From Eledone cirrhosa (lineage: Eukaryota), in assembly GCA_964016885.1 (NCBI GenBank), contig OZ024741.1, positions 210,118,001 to 210,182,000 of the forward strand: a stretch of 64,000 bases of DNA, written 5' to 3'. The notes beneath the pieces were generated by a model that was not told where the DNA came from, searched no databases, and worked only from the letters and a program-made list of their open reading frames with translations. This document shows, piece after piece, positions 52,442-64,000 of the stretch (position 1 is its first letter; the number at the start of each line of letters is the position of its first letter). A program made the translations under genes and the position numbers.

Positions 52442-55400
52442 GATTTCATTTATTGGCCACAAGGGCCGATATATAGGGGACAATACAAAAGACTGGCACA
52501 GTGGGGTTTTACAGAAAAATCGAGTAAACAATATGAATAACAATAACAAAGTAACAATAAAGTAACAAAATTACAACAAGAAAAAATTCCCCAATAGGGG
52601 GAATGACCACATAGGGTTCGCTCAGGTACCTCACCAGTCCTGAACTACCCGACGCTTCAAGAGCACCCTGGAAGGGCACCCCTCTCCTCCTCAAATTTAC
52701 CTACCTACAGCCGCATGACCAGAGTAGGCCCACTCACACGAGCCATTCTCGCCACCTTCACCCACCTTTCAGAAAATGTACTGGGGGGCAGCGCTTCTCT
52801 CTCCACCCTCACCTTCCTTTCCAAGTGAAACTTGAAGAAGTTGATGAGGGATTGGCCGAAGAGAAAAGTGTCTGTCTTCAGTCCTTCCAACCTCGTCCAC
52901 CATACAACCTCTTTCGCTACTGCCACCAGACAGGAAAATTGCCTGCCCTTCCTGGCCAAAAGAAGGCGGCGGGTCGATCTTCACTATGAACTCGGCCGAT
53001 AGCTAGCCGGATCCGTTCTACACGCGACAACAGCTGTTCATCAAAACTCCACAAGTCAGTAATGCACGGACACTGGATGAGTGCGTGCAGAACGGTTTCG
53101 GGCAGGTCCGTCTGACAGCACTTCCGAGCCTGTAGAGTTTATCTCGAACCGGCAGTGCCCTCTGGTAGCACTGCTAAGCGAGGGATTTTTGGAAATTATC
53201 CATCGTCCCCGGCTCGAAAGTCCTCCGGTACAGACTGGTTAGTTCGACTTCGTTGATTCCCAGAGCCTCTCCAAGTGCGTCGTCGCACTTGCCCACCACT
53301 AATCTTCTATAGAACTCGAGAGTGGAAGTTCCACTGACCGCATTGCCCGCCTGGTAGAGGGCAGTGAGTGCCTGGCAACATTCCAGATGCCAGTAACCCA
53401 GACTCGGTCTCTTCTTGACCCAGGACTGCAGCTCAGTCAAAGAAACGAGCTGCGGAAAGGCCCGTCTGACAAACGGCGACCACACCTGTTCACTGTTTAG
53501 GCAGAATATCTGGAGATGCCGCAGCCTCGGCACATGCCTGTGCATCATTAGCCACGGAATCCCAGCCCTCCATGTAGAGGGTGCTGGCAGCAGATGGACC
53601 GCCTCACCAGCGGAACCTGACCCCTCCACAAGAATTTGAAGAGGAGCCGCTCCAAGATGGCGAGGGGCGAACGGGGGCAAGGGACGACGGTCAGACGGTA
53701 GTAGATGACGGACGCGATGTACGTGTTCGCCACCTCCGCCCCACCTTTCAGTGATAGCTTCATCCCAGCCCATTTCTGGGTGGGGCTGGCTACCCTACCC
53801 GTCACCTCGTCCCAATTCTTATCCACCTGGAGGTCTGGCCCGAACCAAACCCCTAGCAACTTTACCGGTCCGTCCGTCCAGCGCCTTACGACGCTGTTGG
53901 ACGGCATGGACTTGCCTCTCCAGGTGCCGAGTTGCAAGCCCACCGACTTTTCCGGGTTAAGTTTTGCTCCCGTCAACCTTTCATATTCCTCCAATAAGTT
54001 GCCGACCACCTCGATATCTGAGGTGTCCGACACCATCACGGTGATGTCGTCCGCATAAGCCGACACAGCCTTTCCGCGTCCGGGTTCGAGCGGGCTGCCC
54101 TGCAACAGCTCCAGCTTCCGCAGTAAAGGCTCGGGAGTCAATACGTACAGAAGGGAGGAGAGAGGGCACCCTTGACGGACCGATCGGGAGACCTGAAACG
54201 GTTCCGAGAGGTGGCCATTCATTCTGACCATCGAGCAGGTGCCACTGTGCATTGTAGCGATCCAGCTTCTGAAGACGGGGCCGAAGCCAGCCGCCTTGAG
54301 GACAGCCTCCAGGTACCGATGGTCGACCCTATCGAATGCTTTCAATTGATCTAAATTGATCAGAGCCCCACCGAAGCCAGGTTTACACCCTACCCTCCCT
54401 ATGATGTATCGCATTAGGTGGAGGTTGTCGTGTATGGACCTGGTTGGGATTGCGCAAGTTTGCGCCTCCCCAACCAAATTCCCGACGACAAGCGCCAACC
54501 TCTTCGCTAACACCCTGGCCAAAATCTTAAACTCTGTGTTGAGCAGAGTTATGGGCCTGAAATTGTCTAATGTGTCCCTCTTGTTCTCGTCTTTCCTTAT
54601 CAGTGTCACTACGCCCCGGCTCACAGAACTGGGAATACTCCCGTTTTGCTGCCAGTTTCAGTAGAGGGCTTCGAGGAGATTGGAGAACAAGTCTGGCATA
54701 TTTACGTAAAGCTCGTAGGGCAGACCATCCAAACCGGGTGACTAGCACCTCATGCAACCGACAAGGGCATCCTGAATCTCGGCTGAAGTAATTGGCCTTT
54801 CGCAGCGCCCAGCGTCAGCCGTCGAGAGTTGCGGCAAGCCATCAAGGTAGAGACTGAAGTCCGCAACCATCTCTGACCCGCTACTTCCCCCGAACAACCG
54901 AGCAAAATTTGGCGAAAGGCCTCACACATCCTCTCAGAATCGCTCAGCTCGTGTCCGTCTCAGCCCGTGAAAGACCGAATCGTGGTTTTATTAGCACGCT
55001 GCGCCTCTGCCACGCGGGCCCATCGAACAGCTTTGGTTCCCTCGTTTCTCAGAGCACGCGCCTTAGCTCTGACAATGCAACCTTCGTGTTTCGCATTGAA
55101 GAACTGGTCTAATGCCATTCTCGCCGCTAGCACATCAGTTGCAATGCCACTACCAATAGCCTCGTCTAACTTATCTACCAACTCCCCCTCCTTTCTATTT
55201 TTCTCTAATGCTACTTCTTTGCTAAACTTTATCGACATTACTCTAATCTCTCTTTTGAGAGCCCCCACCATCTATTGTTGACGACTCCCCCTGTCAACTT
55301 TTTCTTAACTAAATGTTGACCTGGTCCCTGTGATCCTTAGGTGCCGGAAATGACATGTTTAGCTTCCAGTAACCAGGTCCTAACCTACGCGTCTTATCTA

Positions 55401-58028
55401 GGTCGACCATACAGATCACAAACTTGTAATCTGAATAGGCGACCGTTTCAAAACGTGGACAGCTTACACTATTTCTGTCTATTTTCCTAATGAATATCCT
55501 GTCTATATACGATCTAGATGACCCTTTGCGGTTAGCCCAGGTCCACACTGGCGCATTAGGGAAATCTAGTCGGTACCTGTCAGACAGTTGGAACTGGCTG
55601 ATCAGGTTCTTGAGGCTTTTGCACCCGCCGCTCCTATCGGATACTCCCACACAGTCCCAGCGTGCGTCTAAGATGCCGTTCCAGTCCCCCGCTAACAGTA
55701 AATTGCGAGACGTACCCAGAAAGGCTTCCAGGCGTCTAAAAAAGTCCGGCCGTCCTGCCCCAGTAGGAGTATAGATGGCCACCAGTCTAAAGGCACCACC
55801 TTCGTTATTGTTCACGTCCAGGACCACCAACTTCCCGTCTGGGTCCCGGAAGATCGACCTTACCTCCAGATCCAGGCCTTTCCTAAACAGCACTGCCACC
55901 CCGCCTCTCATTCCCGGCCGGCTAACAGATGCAAAGATCTAATAGTCGAAAATGGGGGCTAGTGCGCGCGTGTCGGAAATCTTGGTCTCGCTGACGGCAA
56001 TTACATCCATTTCTATAGACCTGAGGTCGTTGAGCAGGTGACCCTGCTTCCAGGACGATCCCAGGCCTCGAACATTTAAACATCCTACTCTTAATACGGC
56101 CATGTTGGCAGGTTAAAAAAAGAGAGAGGAAGGTTTACTTACCTTCCGGGCTCTTGTGAAGGTCGGGTTGTTCGACCTCCATAGTTGGTGGGGTTTCTTT
56201 TGGGAACCCCTTTAAAAGTCTTGAAGTTGGTTTTACGTTCAGGGTTCCCACGTCCCGAGAAAAGCTGTCTCGTATTTCTTTGTATAATTCGATCGACATT
56301 CGCACCAGAAACAAATCTTCCGGCACGCGAAATGTGCTCGATTTAAAAATTTCCCCCTCTTTTTGTATATTTTCACTTCGTGCTACGAGGGCCATCAGTT
56401 CTCTGTTGACCCTCCTGACGAGCACGAAGTTTTGTATGTTTTGTTGGTGTGATCTTATTTGTTTGCGTGGCTGAGGTGGTTATGGTTTTGGTGGTGTTGT
56501 TTCGGTTGTGTCTGTGTTTGCTGTGAGTGCGGTGTCTGTGGTTTCAGATGTTTGTGTATATATTTGTTCTTGCGTCTGTTTAGGTTATTTGCGTTTGGGG
56601 GATTCTGGTGAAGGTGATGGTGTGTTGATGTTGGTGTTATTGGAGAGATGTTTGCGTGGGTGGTGTCTGCGTTTTTTACTGTGGGTGATTTTGTGCTTTG
56701 TTCAGCAGTTGAGGACAGAAGGCTCGCAAATGGGTTTTTTCCCCACAAACAAAACACTGCGGCCTTCTGCCTTCGGTCATAATGTGAATGACCGTCCCAT
56801 TCTGAAGGCGGATATGGTCCAGGATTGTCTTCACATTCTCGGGCCTGATCTGGAGAAGGATCTCCAGGTCAACCCAGGACCAGTCCTCTCTGGCCGTTCT
56901 GGTCACTTCTATAGGGACGGTATCCGTCCCCTCCACAATCACACATCCCAGAAGCCACCACATGTCAAGTCCTGGTGGGATTCTGGGAATGTGGGACGGC
57001 CCGTTCTTTTTCCCATGTGGGAGGGGTTCATTATGACCTTGCTGGTTTTGCAAGGAGTCAGCGTGTTTCATAGCGAGGGCTTCTGACTTTAACAACACCG
57101 AAATGGTGCCGTACTGTCTGCCCCTCTCTATGTATTCGGTGTCTTCTCTGATGCACCTCAGTGCTACTTCGACATCTTCTTGTAGGATTAAAGCTGCCTT
57201 TTTGGTTTGTGCTGAGATGCATCTATAATGCACCGTTCTGCGCTCCACTGCCTCAATAGCTTCTACCGGGACAGTTAAGTTGGCCCAGGTTTGCTCTTGC
57301 TTGATGAGCTTCCATGCCTGTGCCAACTTTTCATCTTTGTTTGAGAGGTCCATGTTGAAGCATGGCCTCTTTTTTGCTGCTGCCGCAGCGAAAGAATTCT
57401 TCTTGTTTCGTTGGGGGTGTTGTTGTCGTTGTCGTTGTTTTTGTTGGTATTGTTGTTAGCACTGTCGCTGTTATCATTGTTGTTTTTGTTGCCACCGTTG
57501 TTCTCGGTGCAGTTGGTATTGTTGCTGTTGGTGTCATCGCTATTTGTTTTCATGTTAGTGGTGTTGATATTGTTGTTGCATTTGTTATTTTTTTTGTGTT
57601 ATCTGTATTTTCGTTGTCGCTGTTACTGTCATTTTTTTCAAAATTAAAGTTCTCATTGGTATCATTGGTGTCTTTGTTTACTTTGGTGTCTTTGTTTACT
57701 TTGTTTGTGGTGGTGTTTGTGTTATAAATTTGTGTTAATTTCGCTGTAGCGCTCCTCTCAACTTCTACCTCGTTGTCGCACGACAGCAGACATATCGCTG
57801 GGGGGCGTGGCTCAGCCATGTTTTTATTTTCTCTGTAAACTTTTTAACATGTAAAAAAAAGTTCAAATATTTGGGCCAAAAGGCCCAAATATTATACTTT
57901 CACCTTTACAGGGCAAAGTCTAAGGGCTTATATCCCTTACACAACAAAAAATATTTAACAACAAATAATTTTAACAGGCAAATAAAGCGACTTACTGGGA
58001 GCGAGCCAAAAAGACGTCCGAACAGACC
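52442..58028 (-). mobile_element. Tx1-clade LINE family B, full-length but frameshifted, inside (TTA)n
   Basis: ORF1 remnants 57819-56135 (CFVCGEKTHLRAFC). ORF2 remnants 56103-52705 (MAVLRVGCLNVRGLG, GDWN, YADD). AATAAA at 52454-52449. (TAA)n at 52426-52441 and 58029-58057. Confidence 0.92.
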
Positions 58029-58059
<31 letters not shown>

Positions 58060-58935
58060 TTGTAATTATTTTCTCGAAAATTCGTGGTGGAAGAGTGAGG
58101 GCTGTAAGTTTAGAAGAGTGTCACACAGCATGTTCCATTATTACTCATTAAACGCAGCCCTCACCCTCTCTCTGTGTTCCTCTTTCTTGCTCTATCTATC
58201 TCTCTCTCTTTATCCCCATCTTTCTACCTCTCTTTATTTCTCTTTCTATCTCTTCTGGGTTATATCCCCACTCTCTTTATCCCTCTCTCGCTCTATCCTT
58301 CCTTTTCTTTCTAACCCTCTCTCTTTCTGTTTCTATTTCCTCCTCTCTCATTATATCTCTACTTCACTTTATTCCTCTCCTTCTCCCCCCCCCTCTCTCC
58401 CTCTTTATCTCTCCCCCACCTCTCTGTCTGTCTCTCCCTCTCTCTTTTCTAATCAACAGAGTAATAAAATATGTGTAAACCATAAACACCAACAAGTTTT
58501 CTGCGCTCGGAACGAAGCAATTAACGGTAAATATACCGAAACTTTTAACTAAATTACACCATGAAAAAAACAAAAAAACAACCCCCCCCCCCTCCCCAAA
58601 AACAACAACAACAACAACAACCTCAGAAATGTGCATAGTGTATAGTTATTTTAATCAAAAAATGAGACATAAATAGCGTCAAATTGGAGATAAATGAGAA
58701 GAGCAAACGAAATGAGTAGTAATTACCTGGTTATACAATTATTGAAATGTTGACGGCTAAAATATAGTAGGTGTTTTCACAGCGTTTTTCGGTTAGTTTT
58801 GCTTGAAGACACAGCGTTAGAATTGATATAATAATTACTGCTACATCGTCCTGATCAAGAAATATAATTAGAGATGCGTCTTGAGAAAATTACCAAAATA
58901 TATATAAATGTCTTCTCTTTATAATGGAGAGAAGA

Positions 58936-58982
<47 letters not shown>

Positions 58983-58983
<1 letters not shown>

Positions 58984-59170
58984 CGAAGGAAATGTGGTAA
59001 GGAACCAGGTGGACCATAACGCACCAAAGTACTCAATACTTAGGGTAGTAGAGTGGGTAATAGGAACAAGTAAGACCCCGACGGCTGAGCTCAAGCCGTT
59101 TCGACGGCTAATTCTGTCCAGAATTAGCCGTCGAAACGGCTTGAGCTCAGCCGTCGGGGTCTTACTTGTT

Positions 59171-59175
<5 letters not shown>
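58983..59175. mobile_element. PLE pLTR remnant with a 57-bp perfect hairpin (59060-59116 / 59119-59175)
   Basis: 2-nt loop; each arm holds the 3' half of a hammerhead (GAAACGGCT..AGCCGTC-GGGG); (TA)n flanks. Confidence 0.7.
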
Positions 59176-59208
<33 letters not shown>

Positions 59209-59215
<7 letters not shown>

Positions 59216-59304
59216 TGCCCCCTCGTTATCGAGAATGGCCATTGCACGAGAAGAAAAAAAAAAAATAATAATAATAATAATAAATAAATAAATAAAAAAA
59301 AAAG

Positions 59305-59367
<63 letters not shown>

Positions 59368-62300
59368 CATACATATATACATACACACATACATACACAT
59401 ACACACACGTATACACACACACACACATACATTAATAACAATAATAATAATAATAATAATAGCAATAATAATAATAACGACGACAACAATAATAATATAC
59501 ATATTCATATATATATACACACACACGCACGCACATAAGCATATCTACACACACACACACACACACGATAACAACTAACAGTGCTGCGATCGAATGTGGC
59601 TTTTTAGCCCACCCAATGATCTACAATGTCTTGCACAGAGTCGGCAACCAAAACATTCACTGGGAATAGTCGGCTGTGGTTGGAGTTCGTGCATGTCGCT
59701 TGAGCCCTCCTGCTGATTTACATTCTCTACCACATGTTTGACAAGCATGATGAGTAGCATCTCCAACAGCAGCCTGGTAGTCAACCACTGGTCTTAATTT
59801 ATGACTGCGAAGATGACTTTCGAGTCCAGCTTTGCTTAGGCAGAGTCTCGCACAGACGCTGCATGTCAGCACCATAGGAGGACCCTCGCCGTCTGGAAGT
59901 GCAACAGCAATGCCCTTCCTCACATCCCGCTTTACTTTCTCGTGTGCGATTCGAGATGCCTCAAAGGCAACTTTTCCCTCATATACAGTCTTTCTCCATT
60001 TATTACGATCAGCAGCAATATTTTCCCATGTATCAGCAGAGATGTTAGCGTCTTTCAGAGAGGCTTTCAAGGAATCCCTATACCTCTTTTTCGGTTTATG
60101 TGGCGGTCGTTTTCCTTTAACCAACTCTCCATAGAAGAGTTGTTTTGGTATTCTAGAATCCTTCATCCTGGCAAGGTGACCACTCCAACGGAGTCGTTGC
60201 TTAAGCACAAGAGCTTCTATACTGTCACACATAGAGCTTTCCAAAATCTCGACATCACTGATGTGGTCCCTCCAGTGAACGCCATGGATCCGTCTGAGAC
60301 ACATCTGATGGAAACGCTCCAATTGCTTAAGGTGGTGTCGATATGTGACCCAGGTCTCACAGGCATAAAGAAGACAAGAGAGTACACATGCCCTGTACAC
60401 CTTTACCTTTGTCCTCCTGCATATGTCTCGCCGACCCCAGAGTCGCCTTTCTAGATTTCCGAAAGCATCACTTGCTTTCCTAATCCTAAGTGAGACTTCA
60501 CCGTCAAGGTTGCCGTATCGATTGACAGTGCTTCCCAGGTAGACAAACTGATCAACCACTCCAAGTCGTTTGCCATACACATAGATGTTTGGTTTAGTGT
60601 ACTGCTTACTAGGGGTAGGTTGGTACATGACGACGGTTTTCTTGAGACTGACAGTCAAACCCAGGGCGGTGCATTAAAAATGTGCTGCATATCACTCTCT
60701 GTGTGCGCTACAAGATCGCAATCATCTGCATACATGAGGTCTCTTATGATTGATGTAAACACTTTTGTCTTCGCAGCAAAGCGCATGATGTTAAATATGC
60801 TGCCTGAGGTTCGATATCGGATGTAAACACCATGCTCGCAATTCCTGAATGCAATACAGAAAACCATTGCAAAGTATATGGCAAACAGGGTCGGTGCAGG
60901 AATATCCCCCTGTTTCACTCCATTTTTTACTGAGATAGGCTCCGACATGTTACCTCCGACATTAACCCAAGCCTTCATGTCGTCATGGAAAGACCTAACT
61001 AAAGCAAGGAACTTATCAGGGCAACCAAGTTTCTGGAGAACCTTCCATAATGCCTCTCTATTGACAGTATCGAAAGCCTTTGTCAGATCGACAAAAACCT
61101 GATACAGATCCAAGCCTTGTTCAATGCACTTCTCCTGGAGCTGTCTAGCTGAGAAGATCATATCAGTAGTGCCGCGTCCAGCACGAAAACCAGATTGACT
61201 TTCAGGAAGAACACAATCTGCAATGTGTGTCAGCAGACGGTCCAGAAGCACCCTGCATAAAACTTTCCCTACAACAGAAAGCAATGATATACCTCTGTAG
61301 TTCCCACAATCATTCCTGTTACCCTTTCCCTTGTACAAGACCACCATTACTGCATCTCTCCAGTCCTCAGGTACGGATTCATTAGCCCATATCCTTCCAA
61401 ACAAAGAGTACAGATGTTGCAGGAGTCTCTCACCACCATATTGTAAGAGCTCAGCATGTATGCCATCCATACCTGGAGATCTTCCACTGTTCAGCTTCGA
61501 AATAGCCACTGCAACCTCCACAAGCGTCGGAGGTTCTGCGAGAGCTACTTTCACAGGACTTTCTGGAATGAGATTGAGGAAATCTTCACTGACGACAGAC
61601 GGCTGATTCAAAAGATCCTCAAAGTGCTCTCGCCACCTTCGTAGAATTCTTTGAAGTAACGAAGAAGTTCTTTGCCATCCTTGCTGCGAAGCGGTGTCAC
61701 CAGAGAAGAAGACGGTCCACAAACCTCACGCAAGAGACTGTACAACAGCTTTGTGTTATTGGAATCAGACGCAGTTTGTATCTCACCAGCCTTCTCACTC
61801 CACCACTGATCCTTCATCTGAGAAAGACTCCGCCTAACACGTGATTTTACATCCCTGAGCTCCTCATGCAACGTATTCCTCTCCTGTGGTTTTGCCGTCA
61901 AGTAGCGTGACAGAGCACGCCTCTTATCAGCCAACAAGTCTTCTATATGTACATCATTCTCATTAAACCAGTCCTGATGTTTTCTCTGCACCAATCCCAG
62001 AACACGCCTGCCCACATCATAAACCGACTTTTTAAGGGTCGGCCAATCCTCACCAAGATCTGCAGCCAAAGATCTCTTCTTCCAATGTCCTCTTCACATT
62101 TTTATCCTTAAGACGAGCAGTATTCAATCTTTTGGGCAGGGTAACACCAGGAGCCTGGATTTTACGTTTGGTGATTAGTTTCACTTTTGCGCGTACCAGG
62201 CGGTGGTCCGTCCAGCACTCAGCTCCACGAAGAACACGAACACACTGCACATCCTGTCTGTCACGCATCCTGACTAGGACGTAGTCCAAAAGATGCCATT

Positions 62301-63455
62301 CCTTAGATGCAGGATGCATCCACGTGGTCTTGAATTTGTTCTTTTGTTGGAACATGGTGTTGGTAACACACAGATCCAGCTCCTCACACATCTGCAGCAG
62401 GAGCATACCATTGCTGTTACACTTTCCCACCCATGCCTTCCTATTACATTCCATGTGTTAAAATCCCTACCCACTCTAGCATTAAAGTCACCAAGCACGA
62501 TGACTTTGTCTGCCTGAGGGATATTTCTTAGAACACCTTTCAAGGCATGGTAAAAGGACAGTTTTTCTTCATCGACAGAATTCATAGTTGGAGCATACAC
62601 ACTCACCAGGGTAGCATATCTTCCTTTGTCCAGCGGAACTCTCATGGACATAAGACGCTCACTAATCCCTACTGGGAATTCTTCTAATTTATTCACAAGT
62701 AGTCTTAACAGCAAATCCTACCCCAGCCTCTCTTCTGGTTCCTTCATCTCTTCCTTTCCAGAAGAATGTATATTCTCCACAAAATTCCGTAAGATGACCA
62801 TCTCCAGCTAACCTCGTCTCAGACAAAGCCACGATGTCAAGATCGTAACGTCGAAGCTCCTTTGCAACAAGAGCGGTCCTTCGTTCAGGACGCTCCAAGG
62901 AATCCCTGTCAAGCAGCGTCCGTACGTTCCAGCAGCCGAGACTAAATGCCTTGTTTGGCTCTATTACAATGGCACGATGACGAGCGGGCCCAGGCTGTGA
63001 TAACTTGGGGCCCCTGCCCTTATTGCCAATGATCTTTTTTGTTCCAGAACCTAAATTGCCAATTATCTCTTTTACATTGTTCTGGAACATCATTGAATTT
63101 GAAAAAAAAAAAAAGTAATAATAATAATAGTAATAATAATAATAATAATAGTACACTATTAATAATTATTAATGCACTCGTGCAATGCCTGTGCGTGACG
63201 AAGATTTTTAAAGTGAGGAAAGACTGTGCACTGAGCTAATCCCACTCTCTGAGCGACAGTAGCTATAACCCGAAAAGAAGAAAAGATCAACATCATCGGT
63301 AACTACTGAGCCGCAGGTTTTATATCGGGGTTAACCCAGTTTCCTGAGATGCCTTCTCCTAGAAGAATGCCCTGACAAGGGCTAGGGGTTCTTCACTCCC
63401 AGTGGTTTAACTGCGCGATCGGGCATCCATCCCGATTATTTCTATGTCCCTGCGC
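59209..63455 (-). mobile_element. RTE-clade (BovB-like) LINE, near full-length, microsatellites expanded in the UTRs
   Basis: 5'UTR with CTAGGAGAAGG motif, single APE-RT ORF, 3' tail TGGCCATTCTCGATAACGAGGGGGCAGCCATCA. Confidence 0.85.
59575..63093 (-). pseudogene. RTE ORF (APE + RT + C2H2 zinc fingers), several frameshifts
   Basis: LGCWNVRTL, DIVALSETRL, VYAPT, LGDFNARVG, TDHRLV; NYRGISLL, QSGFR, VDLTKAFD, GVKQG, YADD, RLRWSGH; C-terminal CxxC..GL.SH.R.H repeats. Confidence 0.93.
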
Positions 63456-63784
63456 AAAAAAAAAAAAAAAATGTGTATATAATAAAATAAATAATTCGAT
63501 TTTCCGATTTTTACCATTTTCTACATAAATCATACACCTTTAGCAGTGTCACAATATCAGGTTATATACGTGTGTGTGATATATATTGCTTTTATCCTTC
63601 TATGTTGTTCACTTGTCCCCCTCGCTTTACGCGATTTACTGGTCCCAATAACTTTTTTTAGTTATTGCTCGCACCAACCTGAGGTATCTGATTTTTAATG
63701 ATGGTTGGAAAATCACTGACGAAGGACTATTTTTATCATATGTAACCTATGTGCAACCACGCAGTATTCTTCTTTCTTCTCATG

Positions 63785-63826
<42 letters not shown>

Positions 63827-64000
63827 TTATAAGAATCAAAGAACTGTTTAAATCATTTATATGCAATTTATTAATGAATTATCACATATATGACCTCCTC
63901 TTCAACCCAAGAGACATACAGATAGATATGCAAATATTGTTGCTTGGTAGGTCGACAACCATTATAATATTTAGTGTGGCAGTATACATTTAAAGGTTAC

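Noticed and set aside
63295-63455. HDV-like ribozyme in the RTE 5'UTR
   Set aside because: Expected in some RTEs and hairpins are present (63418-63436), but I could not assemble the nested double pseudoknot by eye; needs a descriptor search.
63716-63730. CTGACGAAGGAC hammerhead 5' half
   Set aside because: No matching stem II partner or GAAA downstream.

Overview
Eukaryotic, repeat-saturated DNA. The (TA)n load and SINE families suggest a mollusc/cephalopod such as octopus (inference). No host gene is confidently identifiable. Contents: (1) five large Tx1-clade LINE copies plus a 3'-end fragment. Family A (1-3457, 13213-17948, 17979-23351, diverged 45153-49617) adjoins (TATC)n at every visible end; family B (52442-58028, minus) sits in (TTA)n. 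(2) A decayed Helitron (~6541-12988). (3) Penelope-like elements (PLEs): one with an uninterrupted RT+GIY-YIG ORF (37526-40843) and four tail-out inverted repeats (5768-6420, 30158-30507, 41381-43904, 59060-59175), with several hammerhead ribozyme motifs. (4) A near full-length RTE LINE (59209-63455, minus) and short bipartite non-autonomous derivatives. (5) tRNA-derived SINEs, MITE and CR1 remnants, and micro/minisatellites. Most interesting observations: a covarying 5'UTR-3'UTR long-range helix in three RTE-type elements, different microsatellite targets in sister Tx1 families, and hammerhead-bearing PLE palindromes, including one hammerhead with a ~90-nt stem II and a candidate 467-bp retrozyme-like unit. 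All analysis was by eye; no searches or folding programs were run.
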